DNA of 64,000 nucleotides. Origin: Tubiluchus corallicola (taxonomy: Eukaryota; Animalia; Priapulida). The stretch spans positions 1,332,388 to 1,396,387 of the forward strand of contig JAQGDQ010000016.1 in the NCBI GenBank assembly GCA_030141605.1, given 5' to 3'. Each line of letters opens with the position of its first letter. Within the stretch, counting starts at the first letter, position 1. A model generated the notes under the pieces. The model was not told where the DNA came from and did not search any database. It saw only the letters and a program-made list of their open reading frames with translations. Positions 39,640 through 54,263 of the stretch are shown here, one piece after another. A program made the position numbers and the translations under genes.

Positions 39640-40250
39640 TATTTTCCACTCATTGTAAAAAAGGTGAAACTGCAAGAGAAACAAGAAAAAAGAACATGAA
39701 ACAAAAGTAAATCCATAACAGACATGCAAAAAATAAATAAAGGAACAAGCATTAGCAAATTAACAAGCATACTGAAGCAGAATTTACTAATAAATAAACT
39801 TCCTGACATATCACAAATCAGCATGCACGCCTACACAAAAACACGCATATGCATATGCAGTTGCAAAAAAAAAACAATAATTAGGCATCACCGTAACACT
39901 ATTAGAAACTACCAAGCTGACAAATAAATTACTGCAAAGTTCTGCATAAAAATGAAGAAACATAAGAACTTACAAACGTTTGAGGATCTGTAGAAAAAAC
40001 TTTAAGCCAGTCTTCAGAAATTAACAGAGACATACTGATTCTACAACGGTGGCATACTGACTTCACAACTACTATACCACTAAAAACACAATTTTTTCCT
40101 ATTCTAAGGCTATCTAACCACTCATACAAGAGCGGCCAAGCATGTCAAACAAACTCTACAGGTAATGCAAAATGAATAATGACACTCTAGAATCAAAACA
40201 CCTGGCTTCACTGTACCCAAGCTGGCCTGAGAGATAACAAGTACCATTAG
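39640..40250 (-). mobile_element. Degraded non-LTR retrotransposon 3' fragment (largely absent from the unit 2 spacer)
   Basis: Minus strand reads LDSLRIG...VCHRC, resembling a decayed LINE C-terminal zinc-knuckle region; boundaries approximate. Confidence 0.45.
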
Positions 40251-42595
40251 CAAGTGTAAAATTAAGTTTATCAAAACACAGTAGAATGTCGCTACCAGTC
40301 TCTTTTGAAATTACTGCTTTTTTCTGAAAACTTTGACCACTAATTGCGACCAGCATGGTTTGGATTACAACGAAGTCAAAATTTGTTTACTTTCCCCTGG
40401 TAAGCAGTAATGTTTTTTGTCTAAATTATCGTATAATTATCTGTTATCGTACAGTCTGTTTTTTTTGTATGGTATGAAGCATCAAATTATCGTATATTCG
40501 AATAATTATCATATAAAAAGCAACCCTGTTTATCATTTTCATGTCAGGTAAGTGCTAGAAAATAGAACGAAGGTAGAACTGTAGCAGTGCGTAGTTAATA
40601 TAAAAAAGAGTTCCTTTAAGGGAAAATAGAATGGTGTATAATGTTCTCTTATGATCAGTGATTATTTTATCATTGTTGTGTTTTTAATTAGAAATGCTCC
40701 TTTTAAGGGAAAATTAAAATAAGCTTTTAGCATGTAGTGAACTGAGTGGAATTCTGAAATAGTGTTGTTCCCTATAATAATTTTACAATTTTAGTCAAAG
40801 GATTATGTGCAGTTTTAATAGAAATATTATTTTATGTTCTATGCACTAAGTGGGATGGACGTTTTTGTTGTTGTTGATGTATACTATCTTTTCTCTATAT
40901 ACCAGCTAGACTACACCACTATTGTTATGCATTTGGGAAGTTTTACTTATGGACCAAAGTTGACCTTACCTTTTTTGCCCATTTCTGAAGTTAATTATTG
41001 TAGGTTTTATATTTTAGAATTTAAATGTGCCACATTGTTGCTTTATTAGGGTAGAGGATTGAGTGATATTTTATCAATTGTGCCAAATAAATTAACTTGT
41101 TCTCGGTTAAAGCGGCTTAGGACTATAATAATGGCGGTTATATGCGCCATGCAATTTCTATATTTGAATGAAAATACAGCATTATTGTGTAAATTGTGCC
41201 AAATAAGTTAATATGTTTCTGCTTAAAGTGGATTATCAAGTTACTGCTGTGTTATTTGATTACAGTAATTTTTGTGGCTTTATAAATCGACCAAGTCCAC
41301 ATTAAGATGAAATTATATTTTTTGTAAACAGGATGAAACAGGATAGGAAATAAGTTAACAGGTTTCTGCTTAAAGCAGATTACGAAGTTACAGATGCGCT
41401 AAGCTATACTTTTTGATTACAGTTATATTTATAGCTGTATAAATCGTGGATTGAATAATTAAAATGAAATTATTTTTGTTTGTTTAATGAGATTATTCTT
41501 GTTTATTTAAACTTTAACTATGTTTCTGTGTTACAATAAATGAACTCAAAGCAGAAAATGCAGTTCCTTATATGTTTAAATTCCTGGCAAGAATAAGGGG
41601 GCATTTTATAGTACAATTCTAATGTTGTATATGTTAGATATCATGAAGCAATATAAATTTATCAGAATAGCTCATTGCCACACTTAAGATTTCTGGAAGT
41701 CAGTGATCAAAAGTTATATTACTGCATATTTTATTTAATAAAAACTTTAATTTGGAAACAATATGCAGCCAATAATATGTTAGAATCTTGCTTGTTTCTT
41801 TTGTCACATCAAACTCGCATGTACACAATCTCTAAGAACACTTAAATTGTTGCATGAGGTCTGTCTCAACAGTAAGAACAGCTACGTGTGAGAGTTTTCT
41901 ATACAATAGCTTACAATAACTGTACGATAAAATGATTTACTATTACCAGTTGACAGAGTACCAAAATGTGTAGAAATGAAGAAGTGAACTCATAAGATAT
42001 CATACTAAGTGCAGGTGATGCTACTCATTGTATAATAAATAAAAATTGGAAAAAGTCAAAAAGTTGATAAATCTTGTTGCTGTCTCAGTTGATGTGACTT
42101 ATCAAATGCACTTTCACTGTTTCCTTCATGCACTTTACTTAATCACAGCCTCTTTTTGTTGTTAGCTGATGTTATTTTGCGTAATTTGTTGTGATTTTTG
42201 TTATAAAGTTATGCAATTTGTTTTGTTTTTTTACAGAAGAAGTGGTAGTTTGTTAACATTCTACTTTATTTAATCTCATTTTAGGTGTCAGTTTATGTGC
42301 GTAATACATATTTATGGTAAAGTTTTTTCGTGTTAGGCTGCTTTAAAAAAATTTCTTATTGACAAATAAGAGAAATGCTCACCTACTATGCAAGCAATTA
42401 TTTAAGTCTTGCTAAAATTAATAAATGATCATGGCAGCAATTTATCGTTAAAAAAATTAACATTGTTAATACTAAATTACTAGCAAAATGAGCTTAACCA
42501 AGCCTAGCCCTAGGTGTCTGATATGAGAGTCGTCGTAAATACGCTGTCAACGCGTTGCCAAACGATCGGTTTTCCTGTTGAAGATATCCCGTTGT

Positions 42596-43350
42596 GGGAT
42601 GTGTGAAAAAGTGGGATGCATCGTGAGGGATATTTTAAATTTGAGTGATATAAACAAAATTGGTAGGTTTGCAATACAGATAAGGCTGAACCTCTTACAG
42701 TCAGTTATGATACTAGTGATTTATAATACAGAAACATGGAGTGAAGTAACAAAAGTAGAAATGGGTAGGATGGAAGAAATTCAGAAGGATATGTTACAAA
42801 AACTAGTAATTTATCACAGAAGGTGTCAACTAGTTATAGGGGTATGCTAATAGAACAGTGTACATAAGTATATACTGTAGGTATACACTTTGGGCATATT
42901 AAGACTCTTAAAAAGTTAACCTGGAAGAAACATGTAAAAGAAAACGTAAAAAAATTATTAAAATTACTGCACATCACCAGATATACTCAAGAACTAAGTT
43001 AAGGTTTTTATCTTATGAGCTGAGCACGATAAACCCAAGCAGTATATAACTGAGTTAACACTAGAACAGACAAAAAGGGTTTTAGAGATAAAGCTTAATA
43101 TGCTACCACTAAAATGTAATTATAGAAGTAAGTTTAAAGGAGATATATGGTGTCCGCTATATGGTAAAGACAGGATCTATTTAGATTGTTATAAGAAATG
43201 TGCTACCAACTACAGAAGTAAATTTCCAAAGTCTGATTGAGTCAGAAGATGCACAAATAGCAAAGCAGTAGGTGGAATTTGTTCAAATAGCAATGGAAAC
43301 AAGAAAAAGAAGAGGTGTCGTGCTGGAAATTTAGCTACAATAATAATAGT
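42596..43350 (+). mobile_element. Degraded LINE 3' fragment (copy at ~56983-57735)
   Basis: IRLNLLQSVMI.VIYNTETWSEVTKVEMGRMEEIQKDML and KLNMLPLKCNYRSKFKGDIWCPLCGK; (TAA)-like tail; absent from unit 1. Confidence 0.7.
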
Positions 43351-43619
43351 CATAAATGGTTGATTAGCATCAATGCTGATTACGTTACTTGTGTCTTGCG
43401 CGGTAACATTCCTTTGTGCCTATCTAACCAGATAGAGTTAACACCGAGGAAACAACGAAACAACATGTGCTTACTGGAGAACCGCAACTGCCGCGACATG
43501 ACATAGAGGAAGTTGAGGAACTGCAAGATGTAAAATGTACAACAGTCGTCGTATAGAAAAATATAATCTTAAAGTGAACAATACAAAGACCAAAGAATAC
43601 GTTATACCCACTGCTAATT

Positions 43620-44420
43620 TAAACATCAACAATTCTTCCTAAATATCTTTTAATGACACAGATAAAGTCAAGGAATACATTATTTAAAAATGTGTATAGT
43701 TACCAGTCTCATGAAGAAGTGAAACAGCTTTGTACAAAAATGGGCAAATTTTCCAGGATTTCAAACATGTGGTGTAGATGAAATTGATAAAATGCATCTG
43801 AATTGCATATTAAAAGAATTTTGTAATAAACTTAAATCAATGTACAGAAAACTATTTTTTACAAAGCTACATAATGATCCTAGACACAGTGATGGCAAAA
43901 ACAAACTAAGATTTTATAGATATGTAAAAATCAATAATGAATTAGAAGATTATTTCAAAATTATTTCTAATGAGAAACAGCGACAAATGATTACGAAATT
44001 ACATAACAGCGAATATGACCTGGAAATAGAACGATTTAGATATCAAAATAAAAAAGGGCATGAAAGGCTTTGTCAATACTGTCACAACAATAGCTCAAAA
44101 TTAGTAGAAAACAAATTATATTACCTTTTTACTTGTCTTTTGTATAAAGATATTAGACAAAAATATGAGCATAAATATATCTTTGCAAAAAGGTAACATA
44201 TACTCAGTAATGTGGTTTTTTTCTAATTGCAAACCCAGAAGACCTTATTCACTTTGGAAACTGCTTAAATGAATGTGATAAAAAAGGCAGTTATATCTTG
44301 GTGGTAATCTGTGAGTGCTGGATAAACCTTGTGCTGTGATTGTGTAATTTAATCTCGTTTGTGATTATATTAATTATTTAGGTTTTGTGTTTTTACTACT
44401 ACTTTGTAGTTGTAGCATAA
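43620..44420 (+). mobile_element. LINE 3' fragment with C-terminal zinc knuckle (copy at ~58010-58810)
   Basis: KLRFYRYVK...ELEDYF...ITKL.NSEYDLEIE..RY...ERLCQYC...LFTCLLYKDIR matches the pattern of non-LTR ORF2 C-termini; it splits the old RTE remnant. Confidence 0.75.
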
Positions 44421-45214
44421 AGTTTTATTTCGTAAGAGCACATAATTTCTTATTAGATTTAAGTAAGTTGTACAAACTCGTGGTTTTGCAATGTTGCATA
44501 ATTGCATCTGTATTTGTTGTTTTTCGTGTTTCTTGTACTTTGACTTTTTTGCAATTGTAATTTTTTGCCATGATACGCTATTGTATTTGTGCAATAGAAC
44601 AAAATTGAAATTGAAGATGCGGTAATGATTCGTGGAAAAGATGTAAATAACTTGGTAACTTGTAAGACACCGATGCCCACATACAAAGAAGGAAAATTCT
44701 TAAATTGTCTGCTTATTCACATATCTCAATGATTTTTGATAACAATAGACTTTCTCTTGAAACCAGAGTCCGGATTCTTTCAACTTTAGTTGAATCTGTG
44801 TTTTTGTACACTGCTGAGCTATGGACAATAAAAGTTAAGCAACAGAAGGACAGTTGATGCTTTTCGAAGACGTCTCTATAGGAAATTACTCGCAATTAAA
44901 TCGCCTGATAGAATATCCAATGATGATCTGTATAATGCAGTCAAGAAGATTCCTGGTAGTAGACAAATACAAGTAAGAAAATTGCTTTGGATTGGGCACA
45001 CACTAACAGTAAGATTACCTCCTCTTCCTATGGTATTGCATAAAGCTCTTGAAACGACAAAAAACCAAGAGGCTGTCAACTAGGCTGACGTATTTAGGTT
45101 TTTGGTACAGATTTATGATCTAACATGTACATTAGGCAATTTGATACAGACATCATACTATATTCAAAATTTGTAGCTGCATATTTGCCATTAGTTTCTA
45201 CTCAACAGACCAAG

Positions 45215-48200
45215 ATGACAAGTTTAAATAAGGGATGCACTTTGCCTTTATATGTGGTGGATGCTTTCACAAGCCAGGCATTTGCTGGAAATGCTGCTGC
45301 TGTATGTCTAGTGTCACACAATCAGGTAAATTAATGATGATCTGTCATTAACAAACTTTTCGTCTTAATTTGTTTTCAGCTATTTTTATTGCACTGTTCT
45401 TCACTGCAAATAACTTGTGGTCCTGTAGCACAAACTCAGTCAATGTATGTGTCTTAATCGCACTCTTATTTATGTAAAGATATGAGTTTTTAACTACTAA
45501 CTGATAATGTTTTTGTTATTTATTTATGTGATTAACTCAATGAATTAACTGTGTTACAATAAATAAATCATTATATTATAATATTTAAATCGCAGGCTTG
45601 CATAATAAAAATCACTGGTTTATTTTTAGAAATATTGAAACAAATTTAACAAGTTAGTTGAAAACAAAAGTGTCCATTTAGTCACAGCTGAAATCAATTT
45701 GTAATCAATTAAACTTATAACATCAGTCATAATAATGTCAGGATAATGGTGACTGTGCCTTTAAGTTATGTTTGTATTTGGATCTATTATAATAGTAGGT
45801 GTTTTTCATGAAGATTTAGTATAATTTTAAGTGACAATTACAATGAGTATCAATGCAGAAAATGCATTTTGTTGTTGTTGTTGTTGTTGTTTCCGTTTCT
45901 ACGGAGGCTTTGTAGTTTCTTTCTGCAATTCGAATAGATATTCTGAGTATTATTTGAACTGTACAAAACAGGAGATATGTTATATGTTCAAAATCTATTC
46001 CAAACAGTCCGAAGGCTGTGTTGTTTTTATTAGTTGAATTGTGGTGTAATCTGCATTTCTTGGGTTATATTATTAAATGGCTGTAGACATTGTGATGTAT
46101 ATAGTCATTCGGTTATTCTATTTTAGGTAATCGACGATGCAAAAATGCAAAAAATTGCTTTCGAAATGAACTTGTCGGAAACCTGTTTCATTGCACTGCC
46201 AACAGAAAACGATTCGTTCAAGAATTCTTCCCGGTTTGGCCTGCGATGGTTTACCCCTGCCTGTGAAATCCAACTGTGTGGTCATGCCACTCTTGCTGCT
46301 GCCACGGTGCTTTTCTCTTGTGTTGGTAAGTTTGCTAAGCAGGACAGAAATGTAAATCTAGAAGCTGAACCTGAGTCAGTGCTACTACATCAGCTGACAC
46401 TCACAGTAAATCAGCCAGCTGGAGTTCACCATTAAGAATGACAGATTTTGATTCTTATGTCCTGCAGCAACAATTTAGCGTTAGTTTGAATAGTTTTATT
46501 TGTGAACTGGCTTAAGTGATTCGACAGCACACCCCTTTATATGCCATATATCTCTCTATATCTCTCATATTTTATGTACTCACAATGTTAAAAAAAATCT
46601 CCTGGCTTATAATCTGGCAACTCTAGCAATGGATTTATTGCAAATATAATTTAAATCCAACCCTTGGCAAGGCTTATCTGGATTACCAACAAATCAATAC
46701 TAAAATACCAAAATGATCCAATACGTGTGGCTAATGTTGCCTATTTGTGCATTTTATTTAATTTTGAATTGACTGCTTTCTCATTCAAATATTTCTGAAG
46801 TTTAGTATCTCTGCCAGCACACGTACAATATGACCGCATTGCGACCAGTGATTTCATCATCATCATAAGCCCGTTATGTCAATTGTAGACATTGGGCAGG
46901 CAGAACTCTAAAATAAAAGAAATCTGCCCTCAAAACAGGTAAACACAGCAGTAATCTAGCAAAAAAACTGGACACTGCTATGCCAGTGACTTGTTCGCAA
47001 GAGCAAAAATCTTCACAGCTGGCAAAAATGTCAGCTACCTCGACTTCCGTCACCGAGCGGCTGGCACGACTAAAGCTGGGTTTCTTATCTGCTAGGTCGC
47101 CTGTAGAAATAAACCGACTGGAGCTGAGCTGAAGCGGTATGGCTCTGGCTTCTATGTCGATCCCTTAAGTATTTTTCACGTTGTCTTGAAAATCAGGGAG
47201 TTTTTATTTGCCAACCTAATACCAAACGAATTCACTGTGAATTTATTTGTGTGCTAATGCGTTTACTTCAAATAAGCTTCCATGCAGTTTTGCTTTTTTT
47301 CTTCTATTGTTTTTTTAGATTGTGTGCCTTTTTTGCATTTTAGGACTTAAAGCATTCCGCTGTTTTCAGTTCTCATCATATTTGGCATTTTCTTAGGAGA
47401 CTGTCAGCTTTCCCTTCTTTTCATCTGCACTTTAAAAAATTGGAAAAGGAAAATAGTGCCTGTTAACCATATTCTAAACCATATTCTATTCCAATAATGA
47501 AATTACAATTAGGCATTGCAATATTTGATTGTATTGCTAATCCACTAATGCTACGATTAGGCTCTAAATATTTGTGAAATTGATAATCATTATGATAGGG
47601 GGGTCTGAAATTAAAAGGCAGCTAGTGAATATATCTACAGCTATGTAAATTATTACAGGTAACGAATTTACAGAGATTACATTTGATACGCTAAGTGGAC
47701 CACTTGTTGCCAGAAAAAAAGAGGACAATTTTATTCTGCTAGATTTTCCTGCTAATCCAACTATTAGTGTTAACAAGGAAAATGTTAAAGATCTTTTAAA
47801 GGTACCTACTGTTTTGAATGACCTGTAAAACAAGTTTGCCTGGGTTTTTGTTGTAAGTAATTTTATCATTGAAGCTTTTAGCAGGTAGGTGGTTGACAGT
47901 TTGGAAGACATTCTGACGCCTTGGTATATTTATGTATTTTAGGAAATTTCCGGCGTTACTTGTTTTAACTGTGTGTGCTGGCCATGTTTTTCAAATGTAT
48001 CATATGGGCTGTTTTTTTTTGGCCAATAGCTAAATTGCATCTTTGCACAGACTTTTTTGAAGGCATATTACTTAGTATTATCTTACTTGTATTACTTAGT
48101 ATTACGCTTTCTTGCCTGCAATACTCATGTAAATAGAAAAGACACATTTTCTAGCTTTATGTAAGTAAAGGGCTTTCTTGCCTTTTATGACAATTTTTTG

Positions 48201-51200
48201 GTGTTTTAATTAATCCTATTCAGTTTTCGAATTTGCCTGAAGAGGGGAGACAGCATGAGAGGAACATGGAAACTATTCAAAGGTGGGATGGGGGTGGGGG
48301 GGTGGGGGGTTACAGTAATGGTGGCAGTGAAGCACTTGCTGTTACTTTAATGTTTCTTTTTACTGGCTGTTACACACACGTGCATGCACGCACGCGCACA
48401 CACACACCCACACACACGCACTGTTACATAATATAGTAAAATATATCATATCACTCTTTTCGGTGATTCTAGATTGCATAGCACTCCTACAATAGGACTA
48501 GTTGAAGTTTAGCAAACAACTATCACAATTACTAACCTGACATTCTGTGCATTAAATTTAGAAATCCACAGATTAAAGATACGAGACAATGCCGCTATGA
48601 TAAAACTAAGGGTGCATTCAGACTAGCGAGTTTTCTGTTGGGAGTTTTTCTCTAACACCAAACTTGCAAGTGTGAACTGCTTTGCGAGTTACTATCGACA
48701 AGTCATTGCACACTTTCAGACAGTTGCTACGAAATGATTTCCTGTTTAGTGTGAACAGTCTCAGCGAGTTACTCTTGACACGGCTCCCAGTGAATAGAGG
48801 AGGAGTATCAGCTGGTGCTTACTTCATGTTGGAGAATTTTGTTCTTTAGTCTGAACGTGCTTGCGAGTTACTTGGCGAGAAAATTTGTTAGTATGAATGC
48901 TTCATTACTCTCAAAAGCAGTGCGACAAAATATCAACATTCTTGCAACAGTCAAGTCATCTAAATTCTTCTTTGTAAAAAGTATTTTGGTCCGAACTTTA
49001 ATACACTGTAGAATCTTATGTGAATGTTTTTTATAATACAGGTACTTGTTGGAGATTTACCTATTGTTGATGTGGAGTATGCTCCTGTTATACAACAAAT
49101 GATTGTGTGTCTTCAAGATTCTGTGTCCAGGTGTGCATGTTGATAATTTTTTATTTGGTTTGTCGTGTGTCATTCGTTTTGCACTTTTCATTAGCTTTCA
49201 TGTTATTATACATACTATAAAATTGCTGCAAATTGTACAAATCTGCAATTAATCTCTATTTCTATGAAGTGTGTTTGTGTATGTTTGTTTATTTGTTTGC
49301 TATAAAGTCCTGTTTTACTTATTTAACTTCAAATTTGGTCTATTAAGTTGCTAATACATCACACTCCCCATTGAATTATGGGATATGTACAGTTATGTGT
49401 AGAAATCAATTAACAAAAGCTGAAGACAGTCTACTTTTTAACTTTTGGCAGGAGCTCTACTTACATGAAAAAGAATTTAAAATACACTATGTTTCAGTCC
49501 ATTGTTGGGTTCAAATTCTGATTGGATGAAAATTTTTCATTGTCTCATTCTTCATTCATTAGTCATTGATGTTATTATTGTTGTAAGTATAAGGCTTCAT
49601 GTGTGTGTGTGTTTTACCTTCAGGTAAAAGGAAAAAGTTATGTGAGTAGCAAGTACATGTTTGCTGCATGTCTGGTGCTCTTAGCATTGTGCTAAAATGT
49701 GTTATTTTTAGTCTACTTCTTTTGTAATCTTTGCTGTGCTGCTTGTGGTTGTATTGTACAGTGTCCAGAAAGGTAATCCCCCACTTTGCCAGTTATCTTT
49801 TTGCCAGTCTACTTTTTCACCAGTCTACTTTTTTGCTAGTCTACTTTTTTGCCAGTCTACTTTTTCGCTAGTCTATTTTTTGCCAGTTTTCTTTTTCGCC
49901 ATTCCACTTTTTCACCTCTCCACTTTTTCGCCAGTCTTCTTTTTTGCTAGTCTATTTTTTGCCAGTTTTATTTTTCGCCATTCCACTTTTTCGCCAGTCT
50001 TCTTTTTTGCCAGTTTTCTTTTTCGCCAGTCTTCTTTTTCGCCAGTCTTCTTTTTCGCCAGTCTATTTTTTGCCAGTCTACTTTTTCGCCAGTCTACTTT
50101 TTCGCCAGTTTTCTTTTTCGCCGGTCCACTTTTTTGCCAGTCTTCTTTTTTGCCAGTTTTCTTTTTCGCCAGTCTTCTTTTTCGCCAGTCTTCTTTTTCG
50201 CCAGTCTATTTTTTGCCAGTCTACTTTTTCGCCAGTCTACTTTTTCGCCAGTTTTCTTTTTCGCCGGTCCACTTTTTTGCCGGTCCACTTTTTCCCCGGT
50301 CCACTTTTTCCCCGGTCCACTTTTTCGCCAGTCTTCTTTTTGCCGGTTTTCTTTTTCGCCGATTTTCTTTTTCGCCAGTCTTCTTTTTCGCCAGTCTACT
50401 TTTTCGCCATTCTACTTTTTTGCCAGTTTTCTTTTTTGCCAGTCTTCTTTTTTGCCGGTCCACTTTTTTGCCAGTCCACTTCGTTAGGTTAATAATGATT
50501 AACAATGAAGACTTGACGCTTTAAATGCTTTGTGAACGGAAGATATAAATCCTACAGAGCGTGCCATATATCACTGGATTTGCACTGAAATGATGAATCT
50601 GATGCACTGTGCCAAAATCGCGAGTCCAATCGAAAATTTAACATTCAGAATCTGCTGTTATTTTCATTCTGAGATGTTTAGTTTCCGAGATATGCACCTT
50701 TTTGGAATAACTTAAAAATATACATAGCTAGTCCACCAAATTTAGTATGCTTGTAGTTAGGGTAGAGGGCCACCTCAGGTTGTGACCCTGTGACCCTCCT
50801 GAGTTATAACCCAAAAATCATCAAAAGAGGTCTATTTTTGAGAAATAGTTACTCCTGCAGGAAGCGCCATCTATTCAAACGAAAAAAAACATGAAAGTAC
50901 TATGCCTTGGCTATCAGTAACTTGCTTAGCTTTGTCGAACACTGAACCATTGCCCTTTTACAATGCCACAAACATGCCATTGTCTGTATAATGCTTAATA
51001 TACTTAACATATACGACAGTTGCAAAGATTAGTATCTTCAATACTAATGAATAAAAGTATCATCACCATGTTCGAATGCATATACATTGTACGTTCTTTG
51101 TCACTCAGGTTAATAGTGAGTGGGGGCAACCGGCAACCAGTTTTTTAAATGACTATCAATTCATTTAGTGAGCAGGTCCCATGTTGCTTAATTTTGCAGC

Positions 51201-54200
51201 TAATGACACACTGTGAGCAACAAGCTAATTCTGTCATTCATGATGAAGCAATAAAGATACATTTATTTTCAGGGAGATGTTGGAGGCAAGAGCACCGGAT
51301 AGTTTTGCTCTTCCTGCAGCTAACACGTCCCAGATGAAACTGCACGGTGTCCACTTGACGGTTAAAGCTCCGGCCGACTCCGGCTACGACTTTTATTCCC
51401 GCTGTTTTTTTCCCTGGGATGGACTGCTTGAAGATCCAGTTTGTGGTAAACAATGTGCATTGTTTATGTAAGAATGAATGGACATACTATTTAAATATAT
51501 GAATTAATTATAATTATCTTTGCTTTAAAGTAAAGCTAAACAAAAGAAATTATGTTTATTATTCAACCGTCAGTTGCTACCACACCAGCTGACTCACACA
51601 GTAAATTAGCTAGCTGAGTAAAAAGTTAAAAAGAGCTTCTGGGGAATGTTCTCGATGTGCTCCATTTTGCAGTGTCTATGTTTGCCAGTAAGTGGCGTAT
51701 CTACTGGTGTTCTTTTGTAACCGGGGCGAAAGACACAGGCAAGGTTTGGAGTGGAAAACAGATAGAGTATCGGCAGTGGGACTGATACAGGAAAGTTGTA
51801 GGGTGTGAAGAGAACCACCTAAACTGCAAGGGTGCCCAAATCAATACCAAAACACTAAAATGATCCCACACGTGTGTCTAACGTTGCATATTTGTGTGTT
51901 TAATTTTGAATTGACTGCTTTCTCATTAAAAAATTTTTCAAAGTTAGTATCTCTGCCAGCACACGCACACAGTATGACCACGAATCCATACTGCATTTGC
52001 CATATTTCACCCAGTGATTTCGTCATCATCACATGCCCGTTATGTCAGTTGTAGACATTGCGTAGGCAGAACTCTAAAATAAAAGAAATCTACCCTCAAG
52101 ACAGGTAAACACAGCAGTAATCCAGCAAAAACTAGACACTGCTATGGCAGTGGCTTGTTCGCAAGAGCTAAAATCTTCGCAGCTGGCAAAAATGTCGGCT
52201 GGCTCCACTTCCATCTCTGAGCAGCTGGCGCGACTAAAGCTGCGTTTCTTATCGGCTAGGTCGACTGTAGAAGTGAATTGCCTGGAGTTCAGCTGAAACG
52301 ACATGGCTCTGGCCTCTAGTTTTAAGATGAAGATTAGTTTTAGTTTTGTTCTGTTTTAGTCTTACATTTTCTGTCTTAAGTCTGACTGAAAATCACTATG
52401 TCACTGAAGGAGTTGCCAGTTTTATGGTTTTTCTGTTCTAGTGCAGAAGGACTAATGTGGTAATAGTTCCAGTGAATAAAGTATACATTGTAGGCCTGAT
52501 TTTCAAAAACATGAAATGTTTTTTTCAAAAACATGAAAAGCCTATCTTAATTCATTATGTTTGCATGTTTAAAGTTTGCAATGTTTGATGCCAGTAATCT
52601 TCAACTAATTTCTGACTATGTTAGGGTCGGCTCACACTGTATTTGGTTGTTACTGGCAAAAAGTGCTGGGAAAATCAACTTTTCAAGGTAGGATAATTTG
52701 GTGCTTTATGACGTTTATTGTAATTTAACTTATGATGCTTATTCGTTTATGATCTGATTTTGTGTGTTTTTCAGTATGTCAGTAGATCTCAATTTAAATT
52801 CTGTGCAAGATTATTACCATGCTGACAAAGAGCGATATAGGTTCGATTTACTTAATATTGTGCAGCACACTGTAATTCAATGTGTGTAAAGTCCTCGAAA
52901 GGTTAAAAAATGAAAATTTCCAGCCATTGTAAATAACTGTATCTTAATTGACACAATTTTTCACAAAAAATTACAGAATGCTAGAAAATATAATTGTTAT
53001 TTTGAACAATATATATTTTTAGTGGCCAGTCACAAAGTATAATTACTGCCCTGCAATACCATATCACATAGACTTGTGCAGCATATGTTACCGGAACAGT
53101 ATCTTGCTTAACCCTTTTACCGCCTCCATGATGTACTATTATGTCTATTTTTTGAACTGGCTTATGCCTATTTGACATACATATTTATCATTAATATCTA
53201 GCACTCCATTTAAACTCTGGCGAAGTGTATTATCGCTTAGTCTAGTACGTTTAGACAGCTAGCAGGGCCCAGCACAGCTCCAGGAATATGTGTGAACTGA
53301 GTTTGACCTTATTTCCTTGGCTACATAGCACATCTGCTATGTACATATATGTCTTCGACTGTGAGTTCTGCATCATTTGAAATTTGCTGTTTTTGCACAT
53401 TTGTATTATTATTAATAATAATCTTTTATTCGTATAAAAATTTTTATACAGCAATGTAGTTTTAGTATAAATAATTAATACAATGAAAAATAATTTTTGT
53501 TAGTAATTAAAAAACAAGAGATTTAGAGATTTTAAGACAATTTTCAGCAAAAAGTTTAAAGATTTGATAGTTTTGTAGGTTTTAATGCATATGCACACTC
53601 TCTTACTTATTTTCCAGACGATGGACCTATATATATATGTTCTAAACATTCTTGGTAGATATATAAAAATGATCTGTAAAGGGATTATTATTCTTGTACA
53701 CAATTCTACGTGATTTTAGGGCTTTTGGTTTTTGCATGTATTTTACTTTTGATAAATGTATACCAAAACAAATATGTTATTAATTGTGACTTGCACAAGT
53801 TGATTTTCGGGCTGAATTTAGGTGCTGAAGCTGTTTCACTTGCATGACATTATAATTTTGCTTTGGAGGTTCATTTATTGATCTAAATTCAGTTTCATGT
53901 GCAGTTTCATATCACCATATTGCCTCATTTGCAAATAAATATAAAACATAAACAAGTAAGTAAATATATAGGCCTAATAAATTTCCGTGAATGAATGTAA
54001 TGATTGATTGAATGAATGAATGAATGAATAGGTGGGTGCATCATTGATTTTTATTTCGCTTGTTGAAATCATCTCTTTGTTTCTTATGAACAATACCAAA
54101 GTAAAGTTGCAAAGTTGTTATTTTGTCATGTGCTTTGTGCGTTTTTGTAGCTCGTCAGTGCTCAAAAAGAGGAGGAGATGTCTACGTGAATGTACGAGAA

Positions 54201-54263
54201 GACAAAAGAGTCGAGATTGGAGGCAAGTCTGTAGTCATTATAGAAGGAAAGATCCATTTGTAG
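45215..54263 (+). CDS. PBLD: PhzF/PBLD-family isomerase-like protein, copy 2 (296 aa). Exons: 45215-45325, 46127-46325, 47659-47801, 49042-49130, 51273-51445, 52625-52687, 54151-54263
   Basis: Same exon lengths as copy 1, open frame, canonical motifs GNAAAVC, EMNLSETCF, LCGHATLA and EDPVCGSAH. Confidence 0.95.
49782..50482. repeat. ~16-17-bp minisatellite (TTTTTCGCCAGTCTAC / TTTTTCGCCAGTCTTC variants), ~700 bp
   Basis: Directly visible array; produces spurious F/S/P-rich ORFs on both strands; possibly the internal array of a non-autonomous element. Confidence 0.97.

Noticed and set aside
49736-50524. Several long overlapping ORFs (262, 182, 117 aa)
   Set aside because: Stop-free by-products of the 16-17-bp minisatellite inside PBLD intron 4.
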